DNA from: Monocercomonoides exilis PA203
Lineage: Eukaryota > Protista > Preaxostyla
NCBI GenBank assembly: GCA_001643675.2
Contig: LSRY02000005.1
Span: 248,001 to 312,000, forward strand
Direction: 5' to 3'
DNA: 64,000 bases
How positions within the stretch are numbered: position 1 is the stretch's first letter; each line of letters opens with the position of its first letter. This document shows positions 11,001 to 22,566 of this stretch, piece after piece. The translations under genes were made by a program, and so were the position numbers. A model generated the notes under the pieces. That model worked only from the letters and a program-made list of their open reading frames with translations. It did not search any database and was not told the origin of the DNA.

Positions 11001-13078
11001 GGATCTGGTGAAGAGGATGATAAAAATGATAGAGAGGAAGAAGAAGATGGTTGAGGAATACCACTGGAAGCAATTATTGTAGAATCTGTGCCATTCCCAG
11101 TGATTTTTGTATTCGGGGCACGGAATATGAGAGTCTCTAATGGAGTGAAGGTTGAGGCGAGGAGGGTGAGGGAGGCTTCTTTGTAAAAGAACAAGCCATA
11201 GATCGTATACTCAATCGTGGAGCAAGGAATTTGTTGAGTTCTTCCACAGCCATCTACATCTGTTCCGTTGTTTGCAACGATTCTGTTCTGGCTGATAAAA
11301 GGAAGCCAGCCATTATACACATCGCTATCAGCCGTATTGCTGTTCCACACTCTTTTTGACTGGGTAGCTGATCCACAATTTTCAAATGGAGATTGAGTGA
11401 TATCACTTCCACTGAAAAATACATCATTGCCCCTTCCGTTAGTGGCGGTGTTTCCATCGAAAAAGCAGAAAGTGATGAATTTTACTCCATTCATCCAGGA
11501 ATAAGTTGAATTAAAGAAAATTGCAGCACCTCCATATTTGACAGAGGCAGTTAATTCATTATTTATAAACTGACAATCATTTACAATAAATTGACTTGGC
11601 TTATTGCTTGGTGGATTTTGAAATGTGAGAGAGCCAGCAGCATCGCCGCCAGAATTTGAAATACATTTGCATTTTGTGAACAGGAATTGGCCGTTTGATG
11701 GAAAAGCACCAATATAAAAATACCAACCAGTACCGCACCAATTTGTGATTGAACAACTTTCCACTCTGTTTTCCGAATGGAAATATTCAGAATTTTGCTG
11801 TGGATTTGTCGTATGGACTGCTCCTCCATGAGCAGTTGAACAGCTTGTGAAATTGGATTTTGTGATATCAATTTTTAACAAACTGTTACAAAATAACGCT
11901 CCACCATGGCCATTACCTGTGCATGAACAATTGTTGAATGAACAAGAAGTTATTGTGAGATTTGCATTTGTACGAGAAACAGAAAGTGCTCCACCCCAAC
12001 TATCTCCGCTGTTTGAATCATTCCATTCACACCATTCAAAGAGATAGCTATTCAAATCTGTAAAGGACAATTGAGTTAATTTCTTTCTTTCAGTTTCAGT
12101 TCCTTCATATATCACAGGATCATTTGATAAAGAGCGTGTTTGATGGAGGAAAGAGGCGTTGAAGGCAAAAAGAGAAGTGGATGGGCTGTTGAGGGAAGGG
12201 AGGATGGCACCATCGATGGGGTTGTAGGTGTGGAGGAAGATGGTTGAGTGGATATAGAGAGAGGAGCGAAGAGAGAAGGAGGAGATTGTGTTTGTGGTGA
12301 TTGTGTTTGTGGTGATTGTGGTTGTGGTGGTGGTGAATGAGTTGTGTGCGTGAGTGGGTTTGGCAGGAATGGTGTGTGTGGATTGTGGTGCAGTGGTGAT
12401 GTTTGTGAAGAGTGTGTCTGAGAGGTGGAGATTGAGGTGGATTTGGAGATGACGATGAAGAAGGGAAGAAGAAGAGGATACGGAAGGAGAAAAAAGGAAG
12501 GGTTGGTGGAGGGAGATGAAAGAGGAGAAAGAGGAATGGGAGATTGAGAAGGATGCGGGTATTGCGGAGTGGGCATCTGGGATGAGATTGTTTGGGGTGG
12601 AGAAGAGAGGGAAAGAGATGATGGCTGGTTCAGGGATGGTGAAGGAGAAGTTGGCGAGAGAGAGGGAGCTGTGGGAAGAGAGGAAAAGTGGGTGGCTGGC
12701 ATCTGCGTGGATTCGGCAGGCAGAGGAGAAAATGGTGCACGATGAGTGGTGTAGTGCAGAGAGGAATGCGCAGCCACTGAGAGGTTCCATGACGAGATCG
12801 CTCACACACAACGAGGTGTTGACGATATTCACATTTGTTCGGGCACAACTGACACGATCGCCTGGTGAGAATATGACTTTTGCTGCACCTATGCCATTTT
12901 TATTGTAGTATTTGTTGCTGCGTGTTTCAACGCTGATTGTGCTTTCTGGCATCTTCCAATTCATTTCTTGTTGATTTCGTTTTTCTGCAATGCCCATTCC
13001 ATTGTTGCAATTTACAACAACCAAAATCAGAGCTACAATATTGAATGCAACTTTTGCGCTGGTAGAGAACCTCGCCAT
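5033..13078 (-). CDS. Giant single-pass receptor-like protein: signal peptide, GGA(I)-repeat parallel beta-helix (Pmp/pectin-lyase-like) ectodomain, TM helix, C-terminal TKL-like pseudokinase
   Basis: 2703-aa ORF; the probable start is MARFSTSAKVAFNIVALILVVVNC at 13078. Repeated GGA[I/L/V] and CG...PC.T[I/M] motifs. TM WVLIVCIVIVVILLIVSIVFIVRWKK at ~6345-6420. Kinase C-lobe RWKAPE...FSIGMMLWECLTLQIPF...GERP is present, but there is no HRD, DFG or VAIK. Confidence 0.85.
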   Translation of the reverse strand: MARFSTSAKVAFNIVALILVVVNCNNGMGIAEKRNQQEMNWKMPESTISVETRSNKYYNKNGIGAAKVIFSPGDRVSCARTNVNIVNTSLCVSDLVMEPLSGCAFLSALHHSSCTIFSSACRIHADASHPLFLSSHSSLSLANFSFTIPEPAIISFPLFSTPNNLIPDAHSAIPASFSISHSSFSSFISLHQPFLFSPSVSSSSSLLHRHLQIHLNLHLSDTLFTNITTAPQSTHTIPAKPTHAHNSFTTTTTTITTNTITTNTISSFSLRSSLYIHSTIFLHTYNPIDGAILPSLNSPSTSLFAFNASFLHQTRSLSNDPVIYEGTETERKKLTQLSFTDLNSYLFEWCEWNDSNSGDSWGGALSVSRTNANLTITSCSFNNCSCTGNGHGGALFCNSLLKIDITKSNFTSCSTAHGGAVHTTNPQQNSEYFHSENRVESCSITNWCGTGWYFYIGAFPSNGQFLFTKCKCISNSGGDAAGSLTFQNPPSNKPSQFIVNDCQFINNELTASVKYGGAAIFFNSTYSWMNGVKFITFCFFDGNTATNGRGNDVFFSGSDITQSPFENCGSATQSKRVWNSNTADSDVYNGWLPFISQNRIVANNGTDVDGCGRTQQIPCSTIEYTIYGLFFYKEASLTLLASTFTPLETLIFRAPNTKITGNGTDSTIIASSGIPQPSSSSSLSFLSSSSPDPSATSALFAQTQGSLTISALAIAHNSSNLITPILFHLSGNSPSLNLNTTTITGTTSITITTPLFFITAGSLSLNHTAITSLTLNSQSIFHLASLTAPLALNSSNITDITSTATPTSCVLSSATSPALSLSLTNCTITNIDSAPQNQQTATNGGCISFASSVPANKFSVSDTAFSSCCVSEDTSSGGKGGAIMIEFKDDSEVSESSFSITNIVFSANKASVGRDMYFVCESLVACVKEPMFTFMKSITEKDNSVVGHDRTEAFDNWDVDLFIFFDGFFADTIYVDGASGVEKVYCGLEKAPCLNVNYGMERLKRTLNIKQEIILSAKSSLRGCVDVGGMNMKAKSETIVEIECQTEVNGSEEDCILKSASVTEIQFIGIIVPSSFKGEIDSVIESSTQNGELHMKNCEMSVIGGKQNAIGFSLIKSTGKMVELDSVAISDVKSSVALFSFSPSSGNMNKGESEGEYKVKLLNCTMEGCSLDNTSFGGSPLMISSSVLFENSNFSNIMNTGSGEEGGVAKVTLQENEELVMKSTNASSCSLSSGNGKGGFLYLDCQNCLNEKPFLFEADVTLKNNNAAIGKNAFIFASDLNKTVTNDSYKFDYSSMINDGNLFVGSDSIHSDKDLFMFLIPFSSTEIFISSEGYDVARCGSEEEPCFTMWKGMENMEKENGKKTIQIKGSTIIRDSFNVSNYQIKKSVKMGEENEKAKLNFEKAIGNQLEYFMENYNHLELTNIQLQLTSGFDNSAKTVISNKGGDLVISECLFHSEAGMNNGFDCVFVDVIGGSVEVNDLSIELHNVRNSIFIIRNSGVSCHLMNVRVKSLNESGGCLLLIKGTEMTETINEGCEGINLNIDNSSISGVKRSDDGASILDSKSEKKICLVMNESNITEGKAETSGKGGAIFFTLGASGSMKMIDSTISHCSCSISTGKGGGVYLATKERGELNFSFVGMKFSANTASVGNDIFIECFNITFQINETQFRFDLRENHFSRINAIYGIDSCEHKEDTDLIDFVTIYQSDTIIVSSVNGSDERQCGTNTLPCHSIDYGLMHLTSDFISQMFIVEESVICEEINLEEMSLSSKSRGLCEVEVKSGIEKTKDALITTTGIVSLSRMNFVFYSNFISQHGSLISPEEGILEIMNCSFTSKQSNEEGNVEFANIPFHIINMAKGELQLDGCTISNLILQKSSIYLSSSLPSVIYLFEISNSTVSHSLVEIIESGQLNMEKFHSENITVEGNEESLISCLSMKKTMQLTNCTIGGVNSKTTKGKLMKLENSLDVKMDSCIFDGSSNERNEQNINEEEEMCRWEGSLVDVVKSSVMMKDATISNSPGGGITMSGGNVNVEAGNFSRNNPSIEGYPSLRRNIICSDSGTLNVMSLKGGDGVLANTPIWMLNKGCSFEGIVSERASPFFIPVLESVEAKEETDRMKLTFKGMLLVPCNLSFSIVKRKGEEKEIEKHDFDSNGFLSEREVEGSVAKDLLSSCGDEIEVSVCILFGNTESLSSTDSFILKNKSETEPKKDVKIAEGNKEGKISWVLIVCIVIVVILLIVSIVFIVRWKKVKNEAEELEVIVNDTVKKDPKLIEMVTMEMSPEAQWRRAEREAEKKNEERIKKRVYEKSLGHSESSEHLLSESGSTEYILGKDSDKIPEWMLEKIDEKEIEDETRKRTPSPSISSTSTTDSDSTFVRGEDLCPTTSSMSNLVDAMACSSPHEKLIVDLRDSLFMLLHGRNEKKEMAIGSLKEREQTAAQIMFWVANLALHSFDEMENPLQSLANLSPHIVLFSEHMVICIVMHSDLLSDDDSDSSSISSSTVVTSATDDDDDDSLPSSAFEDEDSFKKECLRWKAPELLMNKKMGATKKSVAFSIGMMLWECLTLQIPFGEYPAEVAGQKIVNGERPDMTVITESSLKEIVKKCMLKDEESRPMLAHLKREFFEKFPAGATMVTMTDAIRIEESSSENDGHGSTEDGSELISLADDVSSKKKDEEQRPDASVKI

Positions 13079-15099
13079 GGAAGAAGATGAAAGAAAAAAC
13101 TGAAAAATAAAAATTCCTGCGCCCAATATATATATATTGTCCATTTAAATTGTATTTTTTTGTCACATCTGTAAATAAATCTGATATTTTCTCAAATATA
13201 TCATTATTTTTCCTCGATTATTGAAAAATTATTGATTGTTTAATAAATCTCTTTCGAAGAGAGAAATATCAGAATATAATAAAAAAGATGAATGAAAACA
13301 ATGATTGAATGGAATTGACAGAATTTTGTTTTGTCCATCGAATAAAAAATGTTAACAGATGAATTCTATTTTCAGTGTGAAATTTGGATTGATATCCAAT
13401 TGCAACAATGTTTGTCTAATGTTTGTGAAGAACATTTTAATGAATTGTTGAAGATAATTCATTTGATGAAACTTTTAATATGAGAATAAGCACATTTTTC
13501 GCTTTTTCTTCAAATAAATTAAAAGAAATGTATTAACATTTTCGAAAGCTTTTATTACGATTCACAATGTTGATTTCTTGAACAGTCAAAGAAAGCATTG
13601 AAATGTTGAGAAGGAGTGTACAAAATCAAAAGAAAGTGAAAATGGGTTTTCTCATTAGAAAAAATTGTTTGTCACAATTATCGGCTTTGATGAAAGACTC
13701 CAACAAAGGACCATCATCAATGAAGTTGATCAATTGGATAAAGCGACTGTCAAAAGCAATCGTTTCATCAAATTCTACAGCTGTGACTGAATAAGATGTT
13801 GCGAGAAAAGTGACAAAAGAAAAGATGCAGACAAAGCATTTGGATCATTTCTGCTCAGATGGTAAGAAGCAAAAGAAGAAGAATTTTCTGAATGCAGATA
13901 AAAAATGAACTTTTGAGATGTCCAACTCTTATATATCCCTTTGTTTCCATGCAATGATAATGATTGCAAAAGAATGATTTCAAAATTTAAACTCAGATTG
14001 TTTCCTTTCAAATAATGCTTATGTGAATGGATCAAAATTATTGTGATTTTTTCATTCACTTTGAAAGAAATCTGTCTCATCATATGTTCTTTTCCAATTG
14101 ACTCTTGCACCACACTTCCAGATGCAAAAGGCAGAGGAGAATTCACTCTTTCATCTTTGAAGAAATATTCCCTTGTTTTAACCTTTTTCTTTTGAGTATT
14201 TTTCTGTTCTAAGGCAACGGACCACTGCTTAATGAGTTCAGAAAATTGATTGGGATTGGAATCACATCTCAATTGTGTGGGTTTGTTCTTTGTTGTTGGA
14301 GCAGACCTTCACAAATTGTTTTTGTTCACAACAAAAAAGAAATCACTCATTTTTCGATGAAAGAAAATGAACGTGTTTTTGGCTCCATCACAACCATCAT
14401 TTGCCATTCATCTCATTTATGACTCTTATCCTTTTCTGTTCATTTTCCAATGTATTTTTCTGATCTCAATTGACGTCTATTAAACATTGTTCATTTCTTT
14501 CCTTTCAACGATCTTTTTGGGAAGAGATAAGAATTGAAAGTCAAGAATGCAATCATCAATCTTTTTTAACCTTTGTTGAATGCATCAATAAGAAACAAAC
14601 AATTGCTTTCCTTTTTTCAACGATGGTGTTTTCTTTATTTACGATTCTCTTCAGACAAATTCACTTCTTTTATCAGATTGCACATACTCTTCGAAGAATC
14701 AGAAATTCATTATTGATCAATTTCAAACAACCTCTTTTTCAACAATCGTTGATTTGATCTGAAAGGAACAAGTGCGCATCTTTTCAAAACTTTTTCAGCT
14801 GAGTCATGCCATTTCACCATGCTCTCTTTTCCATTGTTTTTCTCAAATCAAAACAATTGGAATTGAAATTGATCCTTTTTCATTTTGTCAAACAATCAAC
14901 AACGTTTTGGATTCAAATCTCTAAATTGATTGTGAAGCTGTTTTTGATAAATATGAATTTCACTAGATGATATTCTGAATGAAATTGCGTTTAGACAATC
15001 AAACTGAAGATGTGGCATCGGAAATGACTTAAAAAGACAGGTTTTCTAATCTTTCATTTCTTTGGTATTATTTCCAATTCCTTTTATGATCGTGATTCT

Positions 15100-16480
15100 A
15101 TTATGATGAGATTTTCTCTGAATTGGACTATTGCATTGAAAATAGAGAAGAAGCAGAGAATTGAAGAGATGAATGAGATTGTTGACAAAATGGAGGCAGA
15201 AGAGATTTTGTTTGTTTTGCAGAAAGAATTGTTCAATTCATTTTCAAAAGCGATTGAAGAAAAAAAATCGAGGTAGAAAGAGCCATTCTGCAGCAGAAGA
15301 ATGAAGGATATTTAACTGTGATGAGAAGAATCCTGTGTGGTTGTTTTCTCATTGTTCTTTATTGTGCAGAAAATGGGCGAGGTTGACTGTTGTTGGAGAA
15401 AAGAGCGAAAAACATCTTCTTGATCTTCGTGAATGCCATCTTCTGCTGGACAACATGTGATTATCGAACTTTCACGAAATCAACATGTCTTGTCTTTCAA
15501 AAGCATGATTGAGCAAAGAAGAAAAAGAATCAACTCTTAAGGAAGAAGAAATGACATTGTAAATTTTGAATCGTTTTGGAGTGTTTGAAGAGTGAAATTG
15601 TGTCGTCTTTGTTGGGATGGGAAACACATTGGTGTTTTCATCAAATCGGAAACAGAAAAGAAAAAAAGAGCTATTTTTTTGAGGATATGAGAGAAACCAT
15701 TTAATATGAAGAGGAACACAGAAATCTGATAAAACAAACATTTGAATGCTTTTGCATTTTTATTGAATCAGAAGTTTTGAAAAACGTGGTTGCATATGAG
15801 TTGAATTTTGTGAGAGTGGTTTCAAGAAAACAAAATGAACTGATGAGTTTGTTGGATTCGAAGATGAAAGAAGGTTTGAACGGAGGAAAAGAAAAGGAAG
15901 ACAAATGGGATCAATGAACAACTTTCATTTTTGTTGAAAATGAAAGATGAAGAAAGCATCGAGTTTCCAACAAGATTGAAAAGATGATGCTGAAAAGCAA
16001 GAGTGAAGGGAAGAGATTCATTTGACTGGTTTTTATCTTTGTAAAATTGAAATTTCAAAAATCAGAGACAAAAGCACTGAGGCTTTGTTGAAATGTCACG
16101 TTGCGGACTGAATTTCAGAAGAAATGCAGAAATTACCATTTAATGAAAAAGAAACCCGTTGTTGAAAGAATTCAGTTTGAGCTTCATTCAAGAAGATAAA
16201 AAGAAAGTGACGATTAAATAGTAATTGAAGCCAAAAAAAAAAAATCAGCCAAAAAAGAGATGTTTGAAAAGCTGGAAGAAGAAGGATATGAAGATTTTTT
16301 GATCAGTCTGAGCAATTTTGAGATCAAAAGAATGATCAGAATTAATCGTTATCCAGTTAATCACTTGTGTAGTTTTAAATGCACATTTGAAAAGAGAGTG
16401 TTTATCTTGAAACTTATTCAATGCTCCATCAACTCAGAAACGAAGTTAGAGGATGCGTTTGAAAGAGACGAGAAATAGTG
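15100..16480 (+). pseudogene. Decayed paralog of the 32-1354 family
   Basis: Fragments KQRIEEMNEIVDKME (~15151), LLDLRECHLLL (~15416), EEHRNL (~15711) and MFEKLEEEGYEDFLISL (16260) match the 32-1354 protein, with many stops and frameshifts. Confidence 0.7.
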
Positions 16481-16681
16481 TGTATATTTTATCTTTACCT
16501 CAAAAATTTATCTCAATCTTTTTTTTTTGAAACTTTCTGAAGCTTTTTTTCGAGCTTAGCAAAGGTTTGAAACAAAAAATAAATAAATAAACAATTTTCT
16601 CATAATTATTTACAACTTTATTATATTTATCATTGAGAAAATTTTTTTGAACAAAAAATATTTTTTTTTTTTTATTTGAGT

Positions 16682-17659
16682 AGTGTGATTTTTATATCCG
16701 GACATTTTTTTAAATCCGGACATTTTTTTGTTGGAGTTACTCACTAAATAAAAACTGAAAATAGAAAAAGCATATTGAACCAGGTTTGAATACATATTAA
16801 ATGTTCATCAAAAAAATTTTTTCGACAATTTTTGTTTTTGATGAAGATCTTGGGAATTTTACATTTATTTTTGATCATTTGTTTTGTCCATTTTGGACTA
16901 TCTTTCTTTTTTTGTTTATTTTTAACTACAAGGCCATGAAACACACACAATGAAGTTTTATTATTCCAAATCTTTTATGTTTTTTCTTATTTTTTCACGA
17001 GTTTTTCGCATTTCATTGTTTTTGAAGATAATTACAAAAATCTGAAAATATAAAGCTGCACAATATTTATCAGATGTTTTCAATGATGTACATGAAAAGA
17101 TAACTACAAGCCGTAAATATTCACCACGTGAACTTTTTATAAAATGTTGCTGCTTTAGCAGTCCAAACAGATTTTTCATTAAGACAAAATTGATCATTTT
17201 GTTCTTGATTTTGTAAAATATGATAAATAACTTTGATTTGCAATGTATTTTAATAAAATTTGCATAATATTTTGGTATTTTCATTGAAAGAATAAATAAC
17301 AGTCGAGAAAAAATGAGATTTTTGTAATTATCTTCAAAAACAATGAAATGCGAAAAACTCGTGAAAAAATAAGAAAAAACATAAAAGATTTGGAATAATA
17401 AAACTTCATTGTGTGTGTTTCATGGCCTTGTAGTTAAAAATAAACAAAAAAAGAAAGATAGTCCAAAATGGACAAAACAAATGATCAAAAATAAATGTAA
17501 AATTCCCAAGATCTTCATCAAAAACAAAAATTGTCGAAAAAATTTTTTTGATGAACATTTAATATGTATTCAAACCTGGTTCAATATGCTTTTTCTATTT
17601 TCAGTTTTTATTTAGTGAGTAACTCCAACAAAAAAATGTCCGGATAAAAAAATCACCCT
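16682..17659. mobile_element. ~1 kb non-autonomous element with ~340 bp near-perfect inverted arms and a ~270 bp spacer; mariner-like ends
   Basis: Arms ~16685-17043 and ~17316-17658 are reverse complements; ORFs 16744-16950(-) and 17409-17615(+) translate identically. Ends resemble AGGGTGATTTTTTTATCCGGACA. No clean TSD. Confidence 0.75.
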
Positions 17660-18694
17660 TCCTAAATCAAAGACTTGCTGGCCATGAAGCGAATATTTCA
17701 TACAGAATTTTTTCAGCCACAGCATCACAATTCTTCGTTCCAATATTATTATTTTCACTTGCTAAAAATCTTTTCAATTTTATTTTTGACCTTTTTTTCT
17801 CATTTCATTGTTTTTGCTTAAAACACTATTTTTTATATGAACAAGTGTTTGTGTCAATTTTTATTAAAATGAAAAAAATATACAAAGTCTTATTTATCGT
17901 TTATTTGCATTAAGCATTGAAATAAAAAGTAACTTTTCAAGAATTTGAACTGAAAAGTGAGTAAATATGTTTTTATTGTTATTCAAATTACCAAACATAT
18001 TCAAACAAATAATTATTTTGACATACGAGAATCTTTTTATTTTGATAATGTTTATTAATCATTTCAATAAATTTTTAAACAAACGTTCATTTATTCAAGA
18101 AATTATGATTTTTTTGAAAAATGTGTGAAACGAGAAAAAATGCTAAAAAAACAAGTTGAGAAAATTTTTAACAACTGAAATCCATAAAAAAGAAACGATG
18201 TTTTATGATATGAAAGCTTAAAACTTCTGATAAAAAATATTCGATGGAAAAGCAGTAAGTCAATGATCAAAACAAAAAATTTTTTTTATTTTCGATCTTT
18301 TTTTTCATATGAAATACTGAAAAAAGAAAAGAATTAGGAAATAAAAACTTTTAAAACATTTCTGGTTATTTTTTATTTTAAACAGGCTTGTGTAAAGCTA
18401 AAAGCATGGCAAAAAAGAAAAAGGTCTAGATAAAGAAAAAAGGTCAAGAAAAAATTATTACCCTAATAATATTTGACATTTTTTCTTTTATCGAAGAAGT
18501 TTAAATTGCAGTTTTTATTTTGAAATCTCAAAATGATTTATTCATTGAAGAATTAATCTTGAAAAAGAAAGTATTTTCTGTTCCATCAAGAGTTAATGAA
18601 AAATTTGTACTGTTTTTATTGCAAACTTTCTTTTTTGGCTCAAAAGTCAACACATTGAGAGTTCCATCTAACACTTCAAAAAATAAAAAATAAA

Positions 18695-18720
18695 ATATAT
18701 ATATATATATATATATATAT
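18695..18720. repeat. (TA)n microsatellite
   Basis: Direct inspection. Confidence 0.9.
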
Positions 18721-19081
18721 TTTCTTCTTTTTTTATAAAAAAAAATTGAATGAAGCTTTATCTTTTCAAATAAAAAAGTGCATAAAAAGAGAATATTTAT
18801 TTTTCATTTTGAAAAAGATTTTTTGCATAGTGAAAATGGAGTAATAAGTAATAAATGAGAAGTGAGCTCATAATAAAAATTTCGAGAAACGTAAATAAAA
18901 AAAAAATATCTTTCTTAAAGCTGTCACAACACAATTTGATCAAAAATTTTGAAAAAAATTTTAAAAAAATTAAAAGTTAGCATTTCGAAATTTGCTCATA
19001 AACAAAACGTAAAAACTAATTCTTTGCATGCCTTATCACAAACGAATATGCCGATTTTTTAAAAGGTTCTACTTATAAACT

Positions 19082-22000
19082 TTATTCAATAGCATTGCTG
19101 TTCTCTTCTTCCTTCGCATCAATCGACTCTTCGAGTCCTTCCTTTGATTTTCCTTTCACACTTTTCTTCTTCTTTCCTTTCTTCTTCTTTTTCTCTATGT
19201 TTTTACTCTCTAAATTCGACCCATCATCACTTGCTGTTGAATCTTCATCATCTTTTTCTGCTTTTTTTGTAATCTTCTTCTTCTTCTTCTTTTTCTTCTT
19301 CTTTTGCTCCCCTTCTTCTGATCCTTCGCTTTCATCTTTCGGATTTTCGCTGTCATCATTCTCGCTATTTTCATCTTCCTTAATCTCTGTCTCTTTGCTC
19401 TTCTTCTTCTTTTTCTTCTTTTTCTTCTTTTCTGAACCTTTTCCTTTGTCATCAGCATCATCCAATTCGCTGTTATTCTCCTCCTTCTCCTCTTCCTCTT
19501 TCCCTTCCGCCTCATCTCCTTCATCATCCTCAGAGCGCTTCAGCTTCTTCACTTTTTTACCTTTTCCTTTCGCTTCCTTTTCGGTTGAAGATTTGCTTTT
19601 CTTTGGAGTGTCTGTTGCGTCTTCTTTCGCACTTTTTGCTGATCCTTTCTTCTTCTTCTTCTTCTTCGTCAAGCTTTGCTCTTCGTTGTCACCATCTTCT
19701 TCAATCCCCTTCGCTTTTGCATCCTTTTCATTTTCATTTTCTTTTTTAGCAGCTTCTTCTTCTCCCTTTTTCGCGTTTTCAGCCTCATTTCCTTTCTTCT
19801 TCCTCTCCATTGTCATCTCCAACCTTCTCTTCAGCTCCTCCAGCTGATCCTTATGCTCCACAATCCGCGCTTTCCTCTCTTCCATCGCAGTCACCATCGT
19901 TTTGTACCGCATAAACAGCGCAGCCGAAGAAGAGCCTGGGCCAAAAGACGAAGAATTCTGCCCAGCCGTCTTTCGACTGGAACCAGAAGAGAAGGCAGAG
20001 GCAGAGGAAGACGAGGAAGAAGACGCAGAGGACGGCACATTTGCAGCGATCGGATAGAAAGTGTGGGGAGGAAGTGGAGTGAGTGGTGCAGAGTTGAATT
20101 GTAGTGAAGGTGATAAACTCCTTCGCTGCGCATGTGGATGTGAAGAGATTCCATTGCTTTTCTTCAAATCGCCTGGGACTGCAGAACGAGAGGAGAGGAA
20201 GGGAGATTTCGCATATGCCTTCGACGGTGATTGGTAGGCGCCTGTAGCACCCAGCAGAGCAGAGGAGGTGTCAGCAGCAGAAGCTGAAGAACGAGAGGAG
20301 GTTGATGAATTATCAGCGAACGAAGGCAGGAAACCGCTTGGTGATTGTGCCAAGGAAGAAGAGAAAGAAGACGGAACTGAAGCAAAATATGCAAACATGT
20401 TCTTTTTAGCTACGTTTCTCAGATGAAAAGAGAGAGGGCGAGGGAAAAGAGGGAGAGGCAAGCAATAACTCTCCAGATAAGCTCGGCGATCAACAGGAGT
20501 GCAGGTGAATGTAGCAGAAGAATAGAAAGAAGATGAGGATGATGAAGAGGAAGATGAGGAAGAGGAGGAGGAAGAAGTAGAAGAACCAGAAGAGTTCTGT
20601 TGGGGATGTGTTTTGGAGTGAAGAGAGTCCTGCCGCGTTTGACATGACGTGGCATTTCTGCGAGAAGACGGCGACTGAACGGCTGTTGCATTCGAAGAGG
20701 CAGATGCACACGAGCCAGACGAAGCTGACCTTCCTTTCGACGGACGTTCTGATGACTGGCTGCGTTGCTTTCTGGACGAAGCAGAAGGTGAATACGGCTT
20801 CAGCCCTTCGTCGTGAAGCCTTTTTCGTATCGAACTTCCGCTTAGAGACTCTTTAACTTCTTCGTATGTGGTTTTTATCACACCTCTAATAGAGCCATCC
20901 CTTTCATTAAAGTTATTCTCTCCTCTTTCCTTCGACTCCTCAGACGAAGACGGAGGGGGAGAAGAAGACTTGTCTCGCCCATCCAAAGGCGACGGAGTCC
21001 TCAGCACGTCCTCGCTGCCATCGCGAATGTCTCTGCTTTCTGCTCTGCCCCTTCGCACATCAGAGGCACATTCATCACTCGAGCTTCCCCTCTCTTGCCT
21101 GGCTCCTTTGCTGTCGGTCTGATCGCTTCCGTTGTTGTTCCTGTTTTCAGCGCGTCTCCCTCTGTTCTCCCTTCGCCACGTCAGTCTGAGAGCAGCAGGA
21201 GGCGACAAAGACCGAACCAGCAGCGGATGCAGCGACAGTTCATTCAGAAACACGCTCAGCTCGTCATATTCGGAGAAATGTGGAGGAAACGAGTCTCCAA
21301 CATTTGATTCTTTCTTGGGCTGGGGCATCTTCTGCTTCATTGGTGAAGCAGAAGATGATGATGAAGAGGAAGACGCAGAAATAGTTCTTGTCTTTTGAGG
21401 TGTGCTGACGTTTAAAGGAGGAAGAGGATAGTGTGGCGGAATGACAGTTGGAAAGGGACTGTCAAAGAATTCCTGCCACTTTTGCTTTCCTCTCCAAAGT
21501 TCAAATCGAATTTCATCTGACTTCTTCCGATTTTTATAGCCCGCTTTTTTGGGTGTTGTTCCGTTTCTCCCAATCCCTCCATCAAATTCTGCTGTTCCAT
21601 TCATCGTATTTGATGAAGCTGACAACGTATGAGCTGGATCTTTTTTCTTTCGTTCAAGAAGGAACTTATCATAAGATTGTTTGACTTCCTTTTTCTTCAT
21701 CTGCTTTGCCTTCATTTCTTCCATTTGCTTGGAATATTTTGCTCTTTCTTCCCTAAACGCTTGAAGTGCCCTCAAATATCTCTCATTTTCTTTCGCAGGA
21801 TCGATTGCGGCAACTCGTCTTTGAGTTGTTGAACTTTCTTCAACAGATACAGTTGTTGAATTTAGGTGATTATCTTCCTTTTTGGTGGATGTTGATGATT
21901 CTTTTGCTGAAAGTGTCTTTGGCTCATTCACCTTTTCAGCCTCGTTTTCACTGTTTTCATTTTTATCTTTTTTGCTTTTTTTCACCTTTTTCTTTGCAGG

Positions 22001-22368
22001 CTCTTCTTTTGAGTCATTTTCAGCGAGACGTTTTGATTTTTTCCCCTTCTTTTTCTTAGTTTTTTCTTTCTCTTCGTTCTCATCAGATTTATCATTTTCA
22101 TCGCTTTCACTTTTTTCTTCCCTGTAACAAATGATGTAAATATTAACAATCATATTAAGAGGAAAAATATGTGCATTTAAAACAATATATTTCAATCACA
22201 CTGTTCTTTTTTAACTTTTTTCGATTTCTTCTTTTTAACTGACTTTTTAGGTGTTTTTACAGCTTCATTGGCCTCATTCAAAGATTTTTCAACGATTTCT
22301 TCTTGTCCAGCTTCGTCAATAAGAGGCTCTCTTTCAGAAACGACCGTTTCGTTTCCAGAATCCATCAT
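19082..22368 (-). CDS. Low-complexity Lys/Glu/Ser-rich, largely disordered protein with coiled-coil segments and poly-Lys tracts; two exons (22368-22202, 22121-19082)
   Basis: ATG at 22368 gives MMDSGNETVVSEREPLIDEAG.... A phase-2 GTGTGA..TTACAG intron at 22201-22122 splices in frame into the 1037-aa ORF. Confidence 0.75.
22122..22201 (-). other. Spliceosomal intron, 80 nt, phase 2
   Basis: GTGTGA donor and TTACAG acceptor; the junction CA+G restores a Gln codon. Confidence 0.75.
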
Positions 22369-22566
22369 TCAAAATTGGCCTTACTAAATTAAAAATCTTC
22401 AAAAATCACCAAGATAATTATATAACATGCACAAATGAAAAACTGTGATACACGCAAACTTATTATTCGCCTCAAAGACAATTTGTAATCTTTTAAACTT
22501 CACGAACAAGGGAATTTGAATGATCCCATATTAAAAATATAAATTTATTACACATATCTTTGATCA
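22369..22566. promoter_or_regulatory. Putative bidirectional promoter (198 bp) between divergent genes
   Basis: Divergent ATGs at 22368(-) and 22567(+). No specific motif identified. Confidence 0.45.

Larger units (their letters stand above)
1860..14960 (-). repeat. Left arm of a ~13 kb inverted segmental duplication (partner ~40230-52910)
   Basis: Reverse-complement matches run throughout: 1861-1960 vs 52820-52912, 13380-13690 vs 41520-41830, 14700-14900 vs 40300-40490. Paralogous ORF pairs agree (1938/52580, 4339/50594, 4705/50254, 13603/41370). Boundaries are approximate. Confidence 0.9.

Noticed and set aside
16744-17615. Two identical 68-aa ORFs as duplicated genes
   Set aside because: They are by-products of the inverted arms of a non-coding element and have non-ATG starts.
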